A stretch of 51,965 nucleotides of DNA from an uncultured Zetaproteobacteria bacterium (GCA_964407235.1 CAYOUW010000003.1:1-51965); one strand, 5' to 3'; shown: positions 1 through 8,221, counted from the first letter of the stretch. Program-made: numbers and translations. The notes: generated by a model from the letters alone, not told the origin.

Positions 1-136
1 TGCTTGCCCATAGCGGGTGGGGGCTCCTTGCGCCGGGTCATACCTGCGCGAAGCCTGTTCCCGTATTTCCGCGTATGGAATAACAGGGACCGGAAGACAT
101 TGCAAAATATCGTGCCGCCCTGCAATATCGACACTT

Positions 137-652
137 ATGCCCCGTAAGTTTATCAAACGCCATATGCCGGATTATGCAACGATTAAACGGCAGAAGGCTT
201 TGCGCTGCCTGGGCTCTCTCTTACATAATCCCGCACTTTGGCGTCTGAACCGACATTCGGTTGCAGGCGCTTTTTTTGTCGGGTTGTCGATGGCTTTTGT
301 TCCGGTGCCGTTCCAGATGCTGCTGGCTGCCGGCATGGCCATTGCAATGCAGGTTAATATCCCGATTTCCGTAGCGTTGGTGTGGCTAACCAATCCATTG
401 ACCATGCCGCCGATGTTTTATTTTGCCTATAAGGTCGGACAATGGATACTTGAGCAGCCGAATCATAATTTTCAATTTGATCTTAGCTGGAGCTGGCTTC
501 TTCATGAGTTGAGCCATATCTGGCAGCCCTTTCTGCTCGGTTGTCTGGTCGTGGGGCTGACATCGGGTGTGTTGGGATATCTGATTGTTCGTGTTGCATG
601 GCGCGCCTGCGTGATCCGTAAGTGGCGGCGCAGGCGCCGTGCCCGACTGTAA
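137..652 (+). CDS. DUF2062-family integral membrane protein
   Basis: ORF 17..652; likely start is the internal ATG at 137 (MPRKFIKRH...). Hydrophobic helices and the pattern HSVAGAFFVGLSMAFVPVPFQ...NPLTMPPMFYFAYKVG are typical of DUF2062 proteins. Basic C-terminal tail RKWRRRRRARL. Confidence 0.65.
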   Translation: MPRKFIKRHMPDYATIKRQKALRCLGSLLHNPALWRLNRHSVAGAFFVGLSMAFVPVPFQMLLAAGMAIAMQVNIPISVALVWLTNPLTMPPMFYFAYKVGQWILEQPNHNFQFDLSWSWLLHELSHIWQPFLLGCLVVGLTSGVLGYLIVRVAWRACVIRKWRRRRRARL

Positions 653-690
653 GACCTAACCCGGATTATTCATAAATAATGCAGGCTAAT

Positions 691-851
691 GAGCCTCTTG
701 CAAAACTCTGAGTGGATGAACAGCAATCCCGCTTCGAGTCAATTTTCGGGATGGAATGAGCTGCATGGTGGTTCCATGGAGCGAAATTCCAGCTCGGAAA
801 TGGGCCGAAGTGGGGAAGCCGATCGCCGCTCATGAGTTTTGCAAGAGGCTC
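691..851 (-). mobile_element. MITE-like element, family 1, copy A (161 bp, inverted relative to copy B)
   Basis: Terminal inverted repeats GAGCCTCTTGCAAAACT...AGTTTTGCAAGAGGCTC. Flanked by direct TAAT (687-690 / 852-855). About 90% identical over its full length to the reverse complement of 24677..24836. Confidence 0.75.
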
Positions 852-858
852 TAATGGC

Positions 859-1753
859 ATGTGGTATAAAATTGAACAGGATATAAGCGAATCAACGCAC
901 AAGAAATTCACCATTGAACGCCGGGTTGGCGTGGGCGGTGGAAGTATCAACGCAACTTACAGGATCGAAGGCTTAAGGCAGCGTTATTTTGTCAAAACCA
1001 ATGCCGCGGAGTGTCTGGACATGTTTGCCGCGGAAGCGAACGGTTTGATTGCATTGGCCGGTGCAAAAGCCGTGCGTGTTCCAAAGCCGGTGTGCCGGGG
1101 AGTGGCGAATACGCATGCTTATCTGGCTATGGAGTTTATTGCGTTCGGACGTACCTGCAGCCCGCATGCGCTTGGCGATCAGTTGGCCGCCATGCATCGT
1201 CATACGCAAGCCGAATTTGGCTGGTACTGTGACAATACCATCGGCTTAACGCCCCAGATCAATACGCCTTCGGACGACTGGGTGTCATTCTTCCGGGAGC
1301 ATCGGCTTGGATTCCAGTTGAAGCTTGCAGCAGACAAGGGCTATGGCGGATCCTTGCAGTGCAAGGGCGATCGGCTGATGTCCGATCTGGGATTATTTTT
1401 TGAAGGTTACAGTCCTCAAGCTTCCCTTCTGCATGGAGATCTATGGGGTGGTAATCACGCCGTGGACATGGATGGTCGCCCGGTGATTTATGATCCCGCT
1501 GTGTATTACGGGGATCGGGAGGCGGATATTGCCATGACCGAACTCTTCGGTGGCTTTGGCAGCGCCTTTTATGCGGCCTATCATGTATCATGAGGCATGG
1601 CCGCTGGATGAAGGTTATAGCGTGCGTAAAAGGCTGTATAATCTGTACCATATCCTTAATCATGCCAATTTGTTTGGTGGGGGCTATGCGAGTCAGGCCG
1701 AGTCCATGATGGATCGGTTGTTGAGTGATGCCAGTCTGCGCTACCGGGAGTGA
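859..1753 (+). pseudogene. Fructosamine/ketosamine-3-kinase family protein (YniA-like), frameshifted
   Basis: ORF 832..1593 (use ATG 859, MWYKIEQDI...) carries the kinase body (LLHGDLWGGNH, DPAVYYGDREADIAM). The conserved C-terminus (EAWPLDEGY...LYNLYHILNHANLFGGGY) continues in another frame (ORF 1550..1753). The frames are joined by a 7-bp tandem duplication TATCATG|TATCATG at 1579-1592. Confidence 0.8.
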
Positions 1754-1933
1754 ACACGCCTTTTGCCTGATCCTGAACCCTCCGCAGGCCCGCTTTGACC
1801 AACTGCCGCCACTACCTGGGCGGCATGCCGTGCTGCATGACATCAGTCGACGCTGGCGAAAGAGGGGACATCGAATTAAACTACCTTGACAGAAAAAGTG
1901 ATATAAAATAATGTGTACCAAGTGGCTCTAGTG

Positions 1934-2350
1934 ATGGACATTAAATTTAAGGTCTGGCTTGAAAATAATGGCGAGCCGGTCTTCGGCGAAGGTCGCCGGA
2001 GGTTGCTTGAATGTATCCATCGCTATGGTTCGATCAACCGTGCCGCGGCTGAACTGGGTCAACCCTACAGAAAGGCCTGGGCCTCTCTTACAGCCATGGA
2101 ACAACGGCTTGGTTTCAAGTTACTGGAGCGGCGAGCAGGAGGAAAGTCCGGCGGTGGCAGCGTCCTGACCGAAAAGGGACTCAATTTTCTTCGCGGCTAC
2201 GGGGAATTGATACAGGAATTACAGTTTATGGTTGAAGAAAAAAGTAAATCTTTATTTGACGAGCGTTATGCGGAACCGCATAGCCATGTCGGGGAAGAAC
2301 AGTCGGCAGGAGGGAATGATGATTCGAGCAGCCGTATTGACCATCAGTGA
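1934..2350 (+). CDS. ModE N-terminal-domain-like winged-helix regulator (no Mop/TOBE domains)
   Basis: MDIKFKVWLENNGEPVFGEGRRRLLECIHRYGSINRAAAELGQPYRKAWASLTAMEQRLGFKLLERRAGGKSGGGSVLTEKG matches the ModE N-terminal wHTH pattern, including the GGKxGGG loop. Alternative GTG start at 1913. Confidence 0.65.
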   Translation: MDIKFKVWLENNGEPVFGEGRRRLLECIHRYGSINRAAAELGQPYRKAWASLTAMEQRLGFKLLERRAGGKSGGGSVLTEKGLNFLRGYGELIQELQFMVEEKSKSLFDERYAEPHSHVGEEQSAGGNDDSSSRIDHQ

Positions 2351-2834
2351 TTCGTCTTCCATGGGGGTGCGCGCTGACGAGAGCGGCCGGGTGCTGGCGG
2401 GGCTTGTGACTGCTCTGCCGGGGAGCGTGAAGGCAGCCGATGTTGTGGCCGATGAGATTGAACGGATCCGGGAGAAGCTGCGTTATTATACGGATGAACT
2501 TGGTCTGGACCTAGTGGTGACAACGGGAGGAACCGGCATCGGCCCGCGGGATGTAACGCCTGAGGCGACACAACCCCTGCTGGAAAAAGAACTGCCGGGT
2601 TTACCCGAGGCCATGCGGGCCGCGGGGATGATCAAAACGCCCTATGCAATGTTGACACGGGGGGTGGCGGGTATTCGTGGCGGTAGCGTGATCGTCAACT
2701 TGCCCGGTAGTCCGCGTGCCGTTCAGGAAAATTTTGAAGCTATCCGCCCGGTATTAAAGCACATGATCGAAAAATGCCAGGGAGATACGCGCCCGTGCGT
2801 GCGAATCCGCGCCTCGCAGACCGCACATGAATGA
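2316..2834 (+). CDS. mog: MogA/MoaB-family molybdenum cofactor biosynthesis protein (molybdopterin adenylyltransferase-like)
   Basis: ATG 2316 preceded by GGAGGGA. AAVLTISDS...LVVTTGGTGIGPRDVTPEAT...NLPGSPRAV is the MogA/MoaB fold signature. Overlaps the end of the ModE-like gene. Confidence 0.75.
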   Translation: MMIRAAVLTISDSSSMGVRADESGRVLAGLVTALPGSVKAADVVADEIERIREKLRYYTDELGLDLVVTTGGTGIGPRDVTPEATQPLLEKELPGLPEAMRAAGMIKTPYAMLTRGVAGIRGGSVIVNLPGSPRAVQENFEAIRPVLKHMIEKCQGDTRPCVRIRASQTAHE

Positions 2835-2886
2835 CAGACGCCGCTTACCTTTCCCCGGTAAGACAGGTCTGTCGGGGGAGAGGACG

Positions 2887-3870
2887 ATGCTGAACGACCG
2901 TTTCGGACGCCGCATGAGTTATCTGCGTATTTCGGTCACAGATCGTTGTAATCTTCAATGTAATTACTGCCGTCCGGGCAGGGATGTCTTTTGTCCGATA
3001 GCCCATGAAGCTGTGCTTTCTTTTGAGGAGATTGCCCGCGTCGTACGGGTGGCTGTAAGCCTTGGCATGGATAAGGTTCGCCTGACCGGAGGCGAACCTC
3101 TGGTGCGCCGGGATCTGCCGGATCTTGTCCGCATGTTGAAAGAAATCCCCGCGATCCGTGATCTTGCGCTTAGTACCAATGCCATGCTTCTGGAGCGCCA
3201 TGCCAAAGCGCTGGCTGATGCGGGGCTTAAGCGGCTCAATATCAGCCTGGACAGTCTCAGGCCCGAGCGCTTCAGGCGGATCACCGGTGGTGGAAAGCTG
3301 GAAACCGCCCTGAACGGGATCCGGGCGGCGGTACGCCATGGTTTCTCTCCAATCAAGGTCAACGTGGTTGTCATGCGCGGCATCAATGATGACGAAATCG
3401 CCGACCTCATCGATTTCGGCGCAGGACGGGGCATACAGATGCGCTTTATTGAGTTCATGCCGATGTGCGATGGCAGCAACTGGTCCGAATCCCATATGCC
3501 GGTGCGTGAGATGCTGGCGATGCCGGAGGTGCGCGCCCGCCTTGCCGATGTTCCCGCTGAAGGTGATGGTCATGCGGCAGCACGTTATATTCCGCTGGCC
3601 GGCGGCAAGGGCGAGGCAGGTTTTATATCGCCGATGTCCAATCGCTTTTGCGATGGTTGCAACCGTTTGCGTTTAACTGCGGATGGCAAGATTCGACCCT
3701 GTCTGCCTGCCGATCAGGAGGTGGATGTGCGCGAGGCTTTGCGCACCGGCGGTACGGACGAGGAGATCGCCGGGCTGTTCCGCGGTGCCGTGCTGATGAA
3801 GCCCGAAATCGGCGTGTACAACTTTGAGAAAAAGGGACGGGCGCGATCCATGGTGCAGATCGGCGGCTAG
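2887..3870 (+). CDS. moaA: GTP 3',8-cyclase MoaA (radical SAM)
   Basis: LRISVTDRCNLQCNYCRP radical-SAM CX3CX2C motif; C-terminal auxiliary-cluster cysteines (FCDGCNRLRLTADGKIRPC); terminal conserved GG. ATG 2887 preceded by GGGGAGAGG. Confidence 0.9.
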   Translation: MLNDRFGRRMSYLRISVTDRCNLQCNYCRPGRDVFCPIAHEAVLSFEEIARVVRVAVSLGMDKVRLTGGEPLVRRDLPDLVRMLKEIPAIRDLALSTNAMLLERHAKALADAGLKRLNISLDSLRPERFRRITGGGKLETALNGIRAAVRHGFSPIKVNVVVMRGINDDEIADLIDFGAGRGIQMRFIEFMPMCDGSNWSESHMPVREMLAMPEVRARLADVPAEGDGHAAARYIPLAGGKGEAGFISPMSNRFCDGCNRLRLTADGKIRPCLPADQEVDVREALRTGGTDEEIAGLFRGAVLMKPEIGVYNFEKKGRARSMVQIGG

Positions 3871-3901
3871 CTCTGCCCTTTACCCACAAGTCGTGCCACA
3901 G
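3868..3901 (+). repeat. Solo terminal-repeat copy of repeat family 2
   Basis: TAGCTCTGCCCTTTACCCACAAGTCGTGCCACAG closely matches both ends of the 35179..35458 element. Begins with the moaA stop codon TAG. Confidence 0.7.
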
Positions 3902-3964
3902 CGAATCGCCTGGCGTTTCATCCCGTAGAAGAGCGTACGGCAAAAAAATTAGAGGAGGTGACTG

Positions 3965-4168
3965 ATGCAACTTTCCGGTCGTAACAAACTGTTCGGCGAA
4001 GTGATCGAAATCAAGCGCGGCGACGTGGTGAGTGAAGTGGTGATTCAGGTTGGAGAGAACCAGATTGCCGGCGTTATTACCACCACCAGCGTGGATGCAC
4101 TCAGGCTTGCGATTGGCGATCAGGTGACGGCGTTGATCAAAGCGACGGAAGTGTCATTTATTAAATAG
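3965..4168 (+). CDS. mop: Mop/TOBE-domain molybdate (molybdenum-pterin) binding protein, 67 aa
   Basis: MQLSGRNKLFGEVIEIKRGDVVSEVVIQVG...VTALIKATEVSFIK is a single TOBE/Mop domain (SARN-like start, KA..V end). SD GAGGAGG upstream. Confidence 0.8.
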   Translation: MQLSGRNKLFGEVIEIKRGDVVSEVVIQVGENQIAGVITTTSVDALRLAIGDQVTALIKATEVSFIK

Positions 4169-4170
4169 AA

Positions 4171-4962
4171 ATGATTCAAACCCGGATGAGCCGCAATTGC
4201 CGCTCACGAGTTTTACGGGTGGCTCTGATTATTCTGGCGGTCGGCGTCGTTCAGCTTACGCCCCGCAAGATATGGGCGGGCGAAGTGCTGACTATTGCCG
4301 TGGCGGCCAATTTCTATCGTCCCATGCGGGAAATTGCATCCGCCTACGAGAAGCGGTCGGGCAACAGAGTGCGGTTGGTGAGTGGCTCTACCGGCAAGCT
4401 GTACGCCCAGATCATCGAGGGCGCGCCCTTTGATATGTTTTTTGCCGCTGATCGTGGAAGACCGGTGAAACTGGAGCGGAAAGGTCTCATTCTTCCCGGC
4501 AGCCGGTTTACCTATGCGATCGGAAAACTGGTTGTGTATACCGCCCGGAAAAATCTGAAAATGGAGGGACATGGCCTGTCCATCCTGCTCAATCCCGGCG
4601 TGAAGCGTATCGCCATCGCAAACCCGAAAACGGCGCCCTACGGTCGCGCCGCTATGCAGGCGCTCAAATCGTCCCGCATTTATCGGAGGATAAAGTTCAG
4701 ACTGGTGTACGGTGAAAATATCGGTCAGACCTTCCTGTTCGTACGTTCCCGGAATGCCGATCTGGGTCTGGTCGCGGCTTCCAGCGCCTACCATGCCGAT
4801 GGTAAGGCCGCTGCCGTGCCGCTGGCGGATTATGATCCCATTATCCAGCAGGCGGTTTTGTTGCGCCGCGCCGGATCGACGGCACGCGCTTTCGTGGTAT
4901 TTTTAGCCACGCCCAAGGTCCGTGCCGTGATCCGCAAGTACGGCTATGGTCTTCCCCGGTAA
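4171..4962 (+). CDS. modA: Molybdate ABC transporter periplasmic substrate-binding protein ModA
   Basis: Signal-like N-terminus, then LTIAVAANFYRPMREIASAYEKRSGNRVRLVSGSTGKLYAQIIEGAPFDMFFAAD, typical of ModA. No modB or modC follows. Confidence 0.85.
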   Translation: MIQTRMSRNCRSRVLRVALIILAVGVVQLTPRKIWAGEVLTIAVAANFYRPMREIASAYEKRSGNRVRLVSGSTGKLYAQIIEGAPFDMFFAADRGRPVKLERKGLILPGSRFTYAIGKLVVYTARKNLKMEGHGLSILLNPGVKRIAIANPKTAPYGRAAMQALKSSRIYRRIKFRLVYGENIGQTFLFVRSRNADLGLVAASSAYHADGKAAAVPLADYDPIIQQAVLLRRAGSTARAFVVFLATPKVRAVIRKYGYGLPR

Positions 4963-4995
4963 TACCATCCTCACGGTGGGCAAGGAGTCCTTCAG

Positions 4996-5027
4996 CCCAG
5001 GATCCGACATTGAATGCGGATCTTGGG
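4996..5027 (+). other. Stem-loop downstream of modA (11 bp stem, 10 nt loop), weak U-tract
   Basis: CCCAGGATCCG-acattgaatg-CGGATCTTGGG with one G-U pair, followed only by TTC. Possible terminator or RNA-stability element. Confidence 0.3.
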
Positions 5028-5122
5028 TTCAGGGTGAAAGGCTGATAGTGCAAAAAGATATGGATGGATTATCATGCGACCGTGTCGAAATCAAGGGTGC
5101 CGCATCAATCGGGGAAAAATAA

Positions 5123-5662
5123 ATGACTCCCGGTGGAAAATCCTGGGAGGGAGGTGTACCCGTGAACCCGCCCGTTGTGGCATTCGTCGGACGATCCGGG
5201 GTGGGCAAGACCACCCTGCTGGTCAAGGTGATTGCGGAGCTGCACGATCGCGGATTCAGGGTGGGAAGTATCAAGCACAGCCATCACATCACCGCGGCGG
5301 CGATGGACGCGGAGGGAAAGGATTCATGGCGGCATAAACAGGCGGGTGCGGAGCGCACGCTGCTGGTTGGTAAGGAACGTCTACAACTGGTTTCGGATTC
5401 TCCCGGCCGCCTTTCACCTGCTGAACTTGCAAACCGCTATATGGCCGGGATGCAACTGGTGGTGGCGGAGGGATATAAGGAGTCTCCCGGCGACAAGATT
5501 GAGGTGGTACGCGCCGCTCGCGCGAGCTTGCCGTTACTTCGCCCCGGGGATGGACTGATTGCATTGGCCAGCGATACTCCGGTGGATGCGGGCGTTCCCC
5601 GCTTTGAGCTCGATGATCCGGTTCCGATTACTGACTTTCTTATCGAGCGTTACCTGTCATGA
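5123..5662 (+). CDS. mobB: Molybdopterin-guanine dinucleotide biosynthesis adapter protein MobB
   Basis: VAFVGRSGVGKTTLLVKVIAELHDRGFRVGSIKHSHH (P-loop plus the MobB KH.HH motif). The start could lie a few codons downstream. Confidence 0.85.
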   Translation: MTPGGKSWEGGVPVNPPVVAFVGRSGVGKTTLLVKVIAELHDRGFRVGSIKHSHHITAAAMDAEGKDSWRHKQAGAERTLLVGKERLQLVSDSPGRLSPAELANRYMAGMQLVVAEGYKESPGDKIEVVRAARASLPLLRPGDGLIALASDTPVDAGVPRFELDDPVPITDFLIERYLS

Positions 5663-5751
5663 TCGCCCCGCGAATTGACGGGACGGCGTTAGCCTGAATG
5701 AAGGCGCTGAAATCAGGCCGACGGAAGCGGGAATACTCTCCAGGATAGATA

Positions 5752-7599
5752 TTGAACGATATTCATATACGGGCAGACAAGGCGGTCACGCCGGATCGCA
5801 GATTGATCAGAATTTTTCTGTTGATGGCGCTGAGCGCCTCAATATTGATTGTCGGCGTGGCCTTTTTTATTTATCGGGAAAAGATAAGGAACCATCGGCA
5901 GAACATCGCTATCAGGCAGGCGTCTCACCTTGAGGACCAGACCACGGTCATCCGGGAGAACTTCAGGCATAGCGCCTACTCCCTGTTATTTCTGATCAAT
6001 CAGATCCGCTTGCACCAGCCTTTCAGAACCACGGCAGGCTTAAAGGCCCTGGGCAATGATTTTGTTTCTTTTCTTGATTCCAATGAGTTGTACGACCGGA
6101 TCCGGTTGCTGGATGTCCATGGCATGGAAGTGTTAAGTGTGCGCTATCATGCGGGCAAGCCGGGCATCGCCCCCAAAAGTGAACTTCAGTGGGAAGGCGA
6201 TCGCAACTATTTTGTAAAAACCATTGCGCTGAGCGCCCATGGGATCTACATATCGCCCATGGTTCTGGCTGTCGAACATGGCAAGGCTGATCGACCGATG
6301 GAACCCGTGGTTCAATTCGGTATGCCGGTCTTTGACCGGCAGGGGCGGAGAACAGGGATGATTGTCCTGAATTATCTCGCGGGGACCATGCTTGATTATT
6401 TCAAGAAAGTGGCCGGATTCAGTGGCGGGGAAGTGGGTGAGTGCATGTTGTTAAATCATGATGGTTACTGGCTTTCCGCCCTTGATTCCCGGGATGAATG
6501 GGGGTTTATGTTCGCGGATCGCAGGCAAAGACGCCTTGGCGTCACCGCTCCGGAGGCATGGCGGCGTATCGTCCGTCAGGAGTCCGGCCATTTTTTCGTG
6601 AATGGCGATCAATATCGTTTTGCGACCCTGCATCCTGCTGAAATTATTTCCAGCGTATCGGGAATGAACATCGGCGGAGATCCCCGACAGGTTTTTTGGA
6701 AAATTGTCTCACGTTATCCTCAAACCGCTTTTATGGTTGCCAACCGGGAAACAAGGGATGCAATCATTCTGTCCGCTTTGTCTTTCATGTTGTTGATGAA
6801 CGGAATGTTCTGGTTCCTGGCGCGGGCGATGATACGCCGGCGGCAGACGGAGGCGGAACTTGAGAAATTGCATATGCTGGAAAAGGAACGTGCTTCGCGC
6901 CTGGTGATACTTGGCCGGATGTCTGCCGAAATTTCCCACGAACTGCATCAGCCTCTCTCGGCGATTCTGAGCTATGCGGACACCTGTTTGCGGTTGATGA
7001 AGTCCGGGAAAATGCAAGCGGACAAGCTGGGCGGGCTTCTGGGAAAAATCTCGGGTCAGGCCGATCGGGCAGGGCATGTTGTGCGGCATGTCGGAAACTT
7101 TACCCGAAGCCGGGAAATGCAGCGCGCATCACTGGATTTGAATATACTGATCAATGAGACCCTGAATCTGGCCGAACTTGATACCCGTAAATATCGGGTA
7201 AAAACCGGAAAGGTGTTGGCGAAATCGCTGCCGCCGGTATTTGCGGACCGCTTGCTCATTCAGCAGGTGCTGCTGAATCTTATACGCAATGCCTGTGAAG
7301 CCATGGAAGGAATAGAAGTGCGCAAACGGCGGCTGATGATTAAAACAGAGAGGATCAATGGTGATGATGTCAGGGTTTCAGTTCGGGATAAGGGTCCGGA
7401 ACTGGCGCCGGATGAACTGGAGCATATGTTTGATGCATTTTTCAGTTTGAAAAAAGAAGGCATGGGCCTGGGGCTTTCCGTGAGTCGCTCGATTATCGAG
7501 AATCATGGAGGGCGTTTATGGGCGGAGACGTCTCCCGAAACAGGGATGACCGTTTGCTTTACCCTGCCGATTGTCAAAGACTTGTGTCATGAAGGCTGA
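5752..7599 (+). CDS. Sensor histidine kinase with ~290-aa periplasmic (double-PDC/Cache-like) domain
   Basis: Two TM segments (about aa 20-42 and about aa 335-358). H-box SAEISHELHQPLSAI; N/G boxes (LLNLIRNACEAM, DKGPEL, GMGLGLSVSRSI). TTG start at 5752; alternative ATG at 5824. Confidence 0.85.
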   Translation: MNDIHIRADKAVTPDRRLIRIFLLMALSASILIVGVAFFIYREKIRNHRQNIAIRQASHLEDQTTVIRENFRHSAYSLLFLINQIRLHQPFRTTAGLKALGNDFVSFLDSNELYDRIRLLDVHGMEVLSVRYHAGKPGIAPKSELQWEGDRNYFVKTIALSAHGIYISPMVLAVEHGKADRPMEPVVQFGMPVFDRQGRRTGMIVLNYLAGTMLDYFKKVAGFSGGEVGECMLLNHDGYWLSALDSRDEWGFMFADRRQRRLGVTAPEAWRRIVRQESGHFFVNGDQYRFATLHPAEIISSVSGMNIGGDPRQVFWKIVSRYPQTAFMVANRETRDAIILSALSFMLLMNGMFWFLARAMIRRRQTEAELEKLHMLEKERASRLVILGRMSAEISHELHQPLSAILSYADTCLRLMKSGKMQADKLGGLLGKISGQADRAGHVVRHVGNFTRSREMQRASLDLNILINETLNLAELDTRKYRVKTGKVLAKSLPPVFADRLLIQQVLLNLIRNACEAMEGIEVRKRRLMIKTERINGDDVRVSVRDKGPELAPDELEHMFDAFFSLKKEGMGLGLSVSRSIIENHGGRLWAETSPETGMTVCFTLPIVKDLCHEG

Positions 7600-8221
7600 A
7601 CTGACCGTCTATATTGTTGACGATGATGCGGCCGTGCGGGATTCCTTATGCGAACTCCTGGCATCGGAGGATCTGCGAGCGCGGGCCTATCCCTCGGCCT
7701 GCGCGTTTCTCGACGATTGTAATCCCTCCATGCATGGCTGCGCATTATTCGATGTGCGCATGCCCGAAATGGGTGGCCTGGAATTATTGCAACATCCAAA
7801 AGTAAAACAGATTTCCCTTCCCGTCATCATGATTACAGCCTATAGCGATGTGCCCATGGCCGTCAAAGCCATCAGGCTTGGTGCAATCGATTTTATAGAA
7901 AAGCCCATCCACAGTGAAATTTTGCTGGAAACGATCCGGCGGTGCTTCAGAGAGCATCAGGCGCAACGAATCAGGTCTTCGCAACGTATCGAGCATGCCG
8001 AACGCCTGGCACGTTTGAGCCTGCGCGAGCGGGAAGTGATGGGTTTGCTGGTGCAGGGAAAATCGAACAGGCAGGTTGCCGAGGATCTTGGCATCAGCCC
8101 GAGGACCGTTGAGGTTCACCGCGCCGCGATCAGGCAAAAACTGGGTGTAAAATCTCTCCCCGATATTGTACGTCTGGCACTTTCAGCGAAAGATTATGCC
8201 GGCAATTATGTCGGCAATTGA
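7589..8221 (+). CDS. Response regulator, FixJ/NarL (LuxR-type HTH) family
   Basis: Receiver domain (VYIVDDDAAVRDSL...DVRMPEMGG...MITAY) plus a C-terminal LuxR HTH (LSLREREVMGLLVQGKSNRQVAEDLGISPRTVEVHR). Start overlaps the kinase stop. Confidence 0.9.
   Translation: MKAELTVYIVDDDAAVRDSLCELLASEDLRARAYPSACAFLDDCNPSMHGCALFDVRMPEMGGLELLQHPKVKQISLPVIMITAYSDVPMAVKAIRLGAIDFIEKPIHSEILLETIRRCFREHQAQRIRSSQRIEHAERLARLSLREREVMGLLVQGKSNRQVAEDLGISPRTVEVHRAAIRQKLGVKSLPDIVRLALSAKDYAGNYVGN

Noticed and set aside
663-677. Shared 15-mer GGATTATTCATAAAT at 663-677 and 38273-38287, extendable to roughly 24/28 with an indel. Both lie just after stop codons.
   Set aside because: A 15-nt exact match between two sites in a 52-kb window on two strands is expected about 2-3 times by chance. 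The extension is only modest and there is no third copy or structure, so it is not convincing as a repeat family without a genome-wide search.
666-950. Similar peptides (SGDRLPHFGPFPSWNF...HSIPK.DSK.DC.SSTQSFARGS) encoded at 666-950 (minus) and 24694-24927 (plus), which look like a conserved small protein.
   Set aside because: The similarity is nucleotide-level identity of the two MITE copies. The ORFs run through the terminal inverted repeats into unrelated flanks, differ at both ends and have no ribosome-binding context.
1886-1912. Promoter for the ModE-like gene: consensus TTGACA at 1886-1891 with AT-rich TATAAAATAAT downstream.
   Set aside because: The possible -10 hexamers give spacers of 10-15 nt (best is AATAAT, 15 nt). 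That spacing is short, and the resulting leader lacks an SD, so it is too uncertain to list as a feature.
3871-3964. Possible Moco riboswitch upstream of mop/modA, moaA or the molybdoenzyme operon.
   Set aside because: The relevant gaps are short (94 nt, partly occupied by the repeat; 147 nt before the cytochrome gene). I could not find the conserved Moco-motif elements I remember, such as the GCCUCC-containing 3' segment with multi-stem junction. A covariance-model scan would be needed to exclude it formally.
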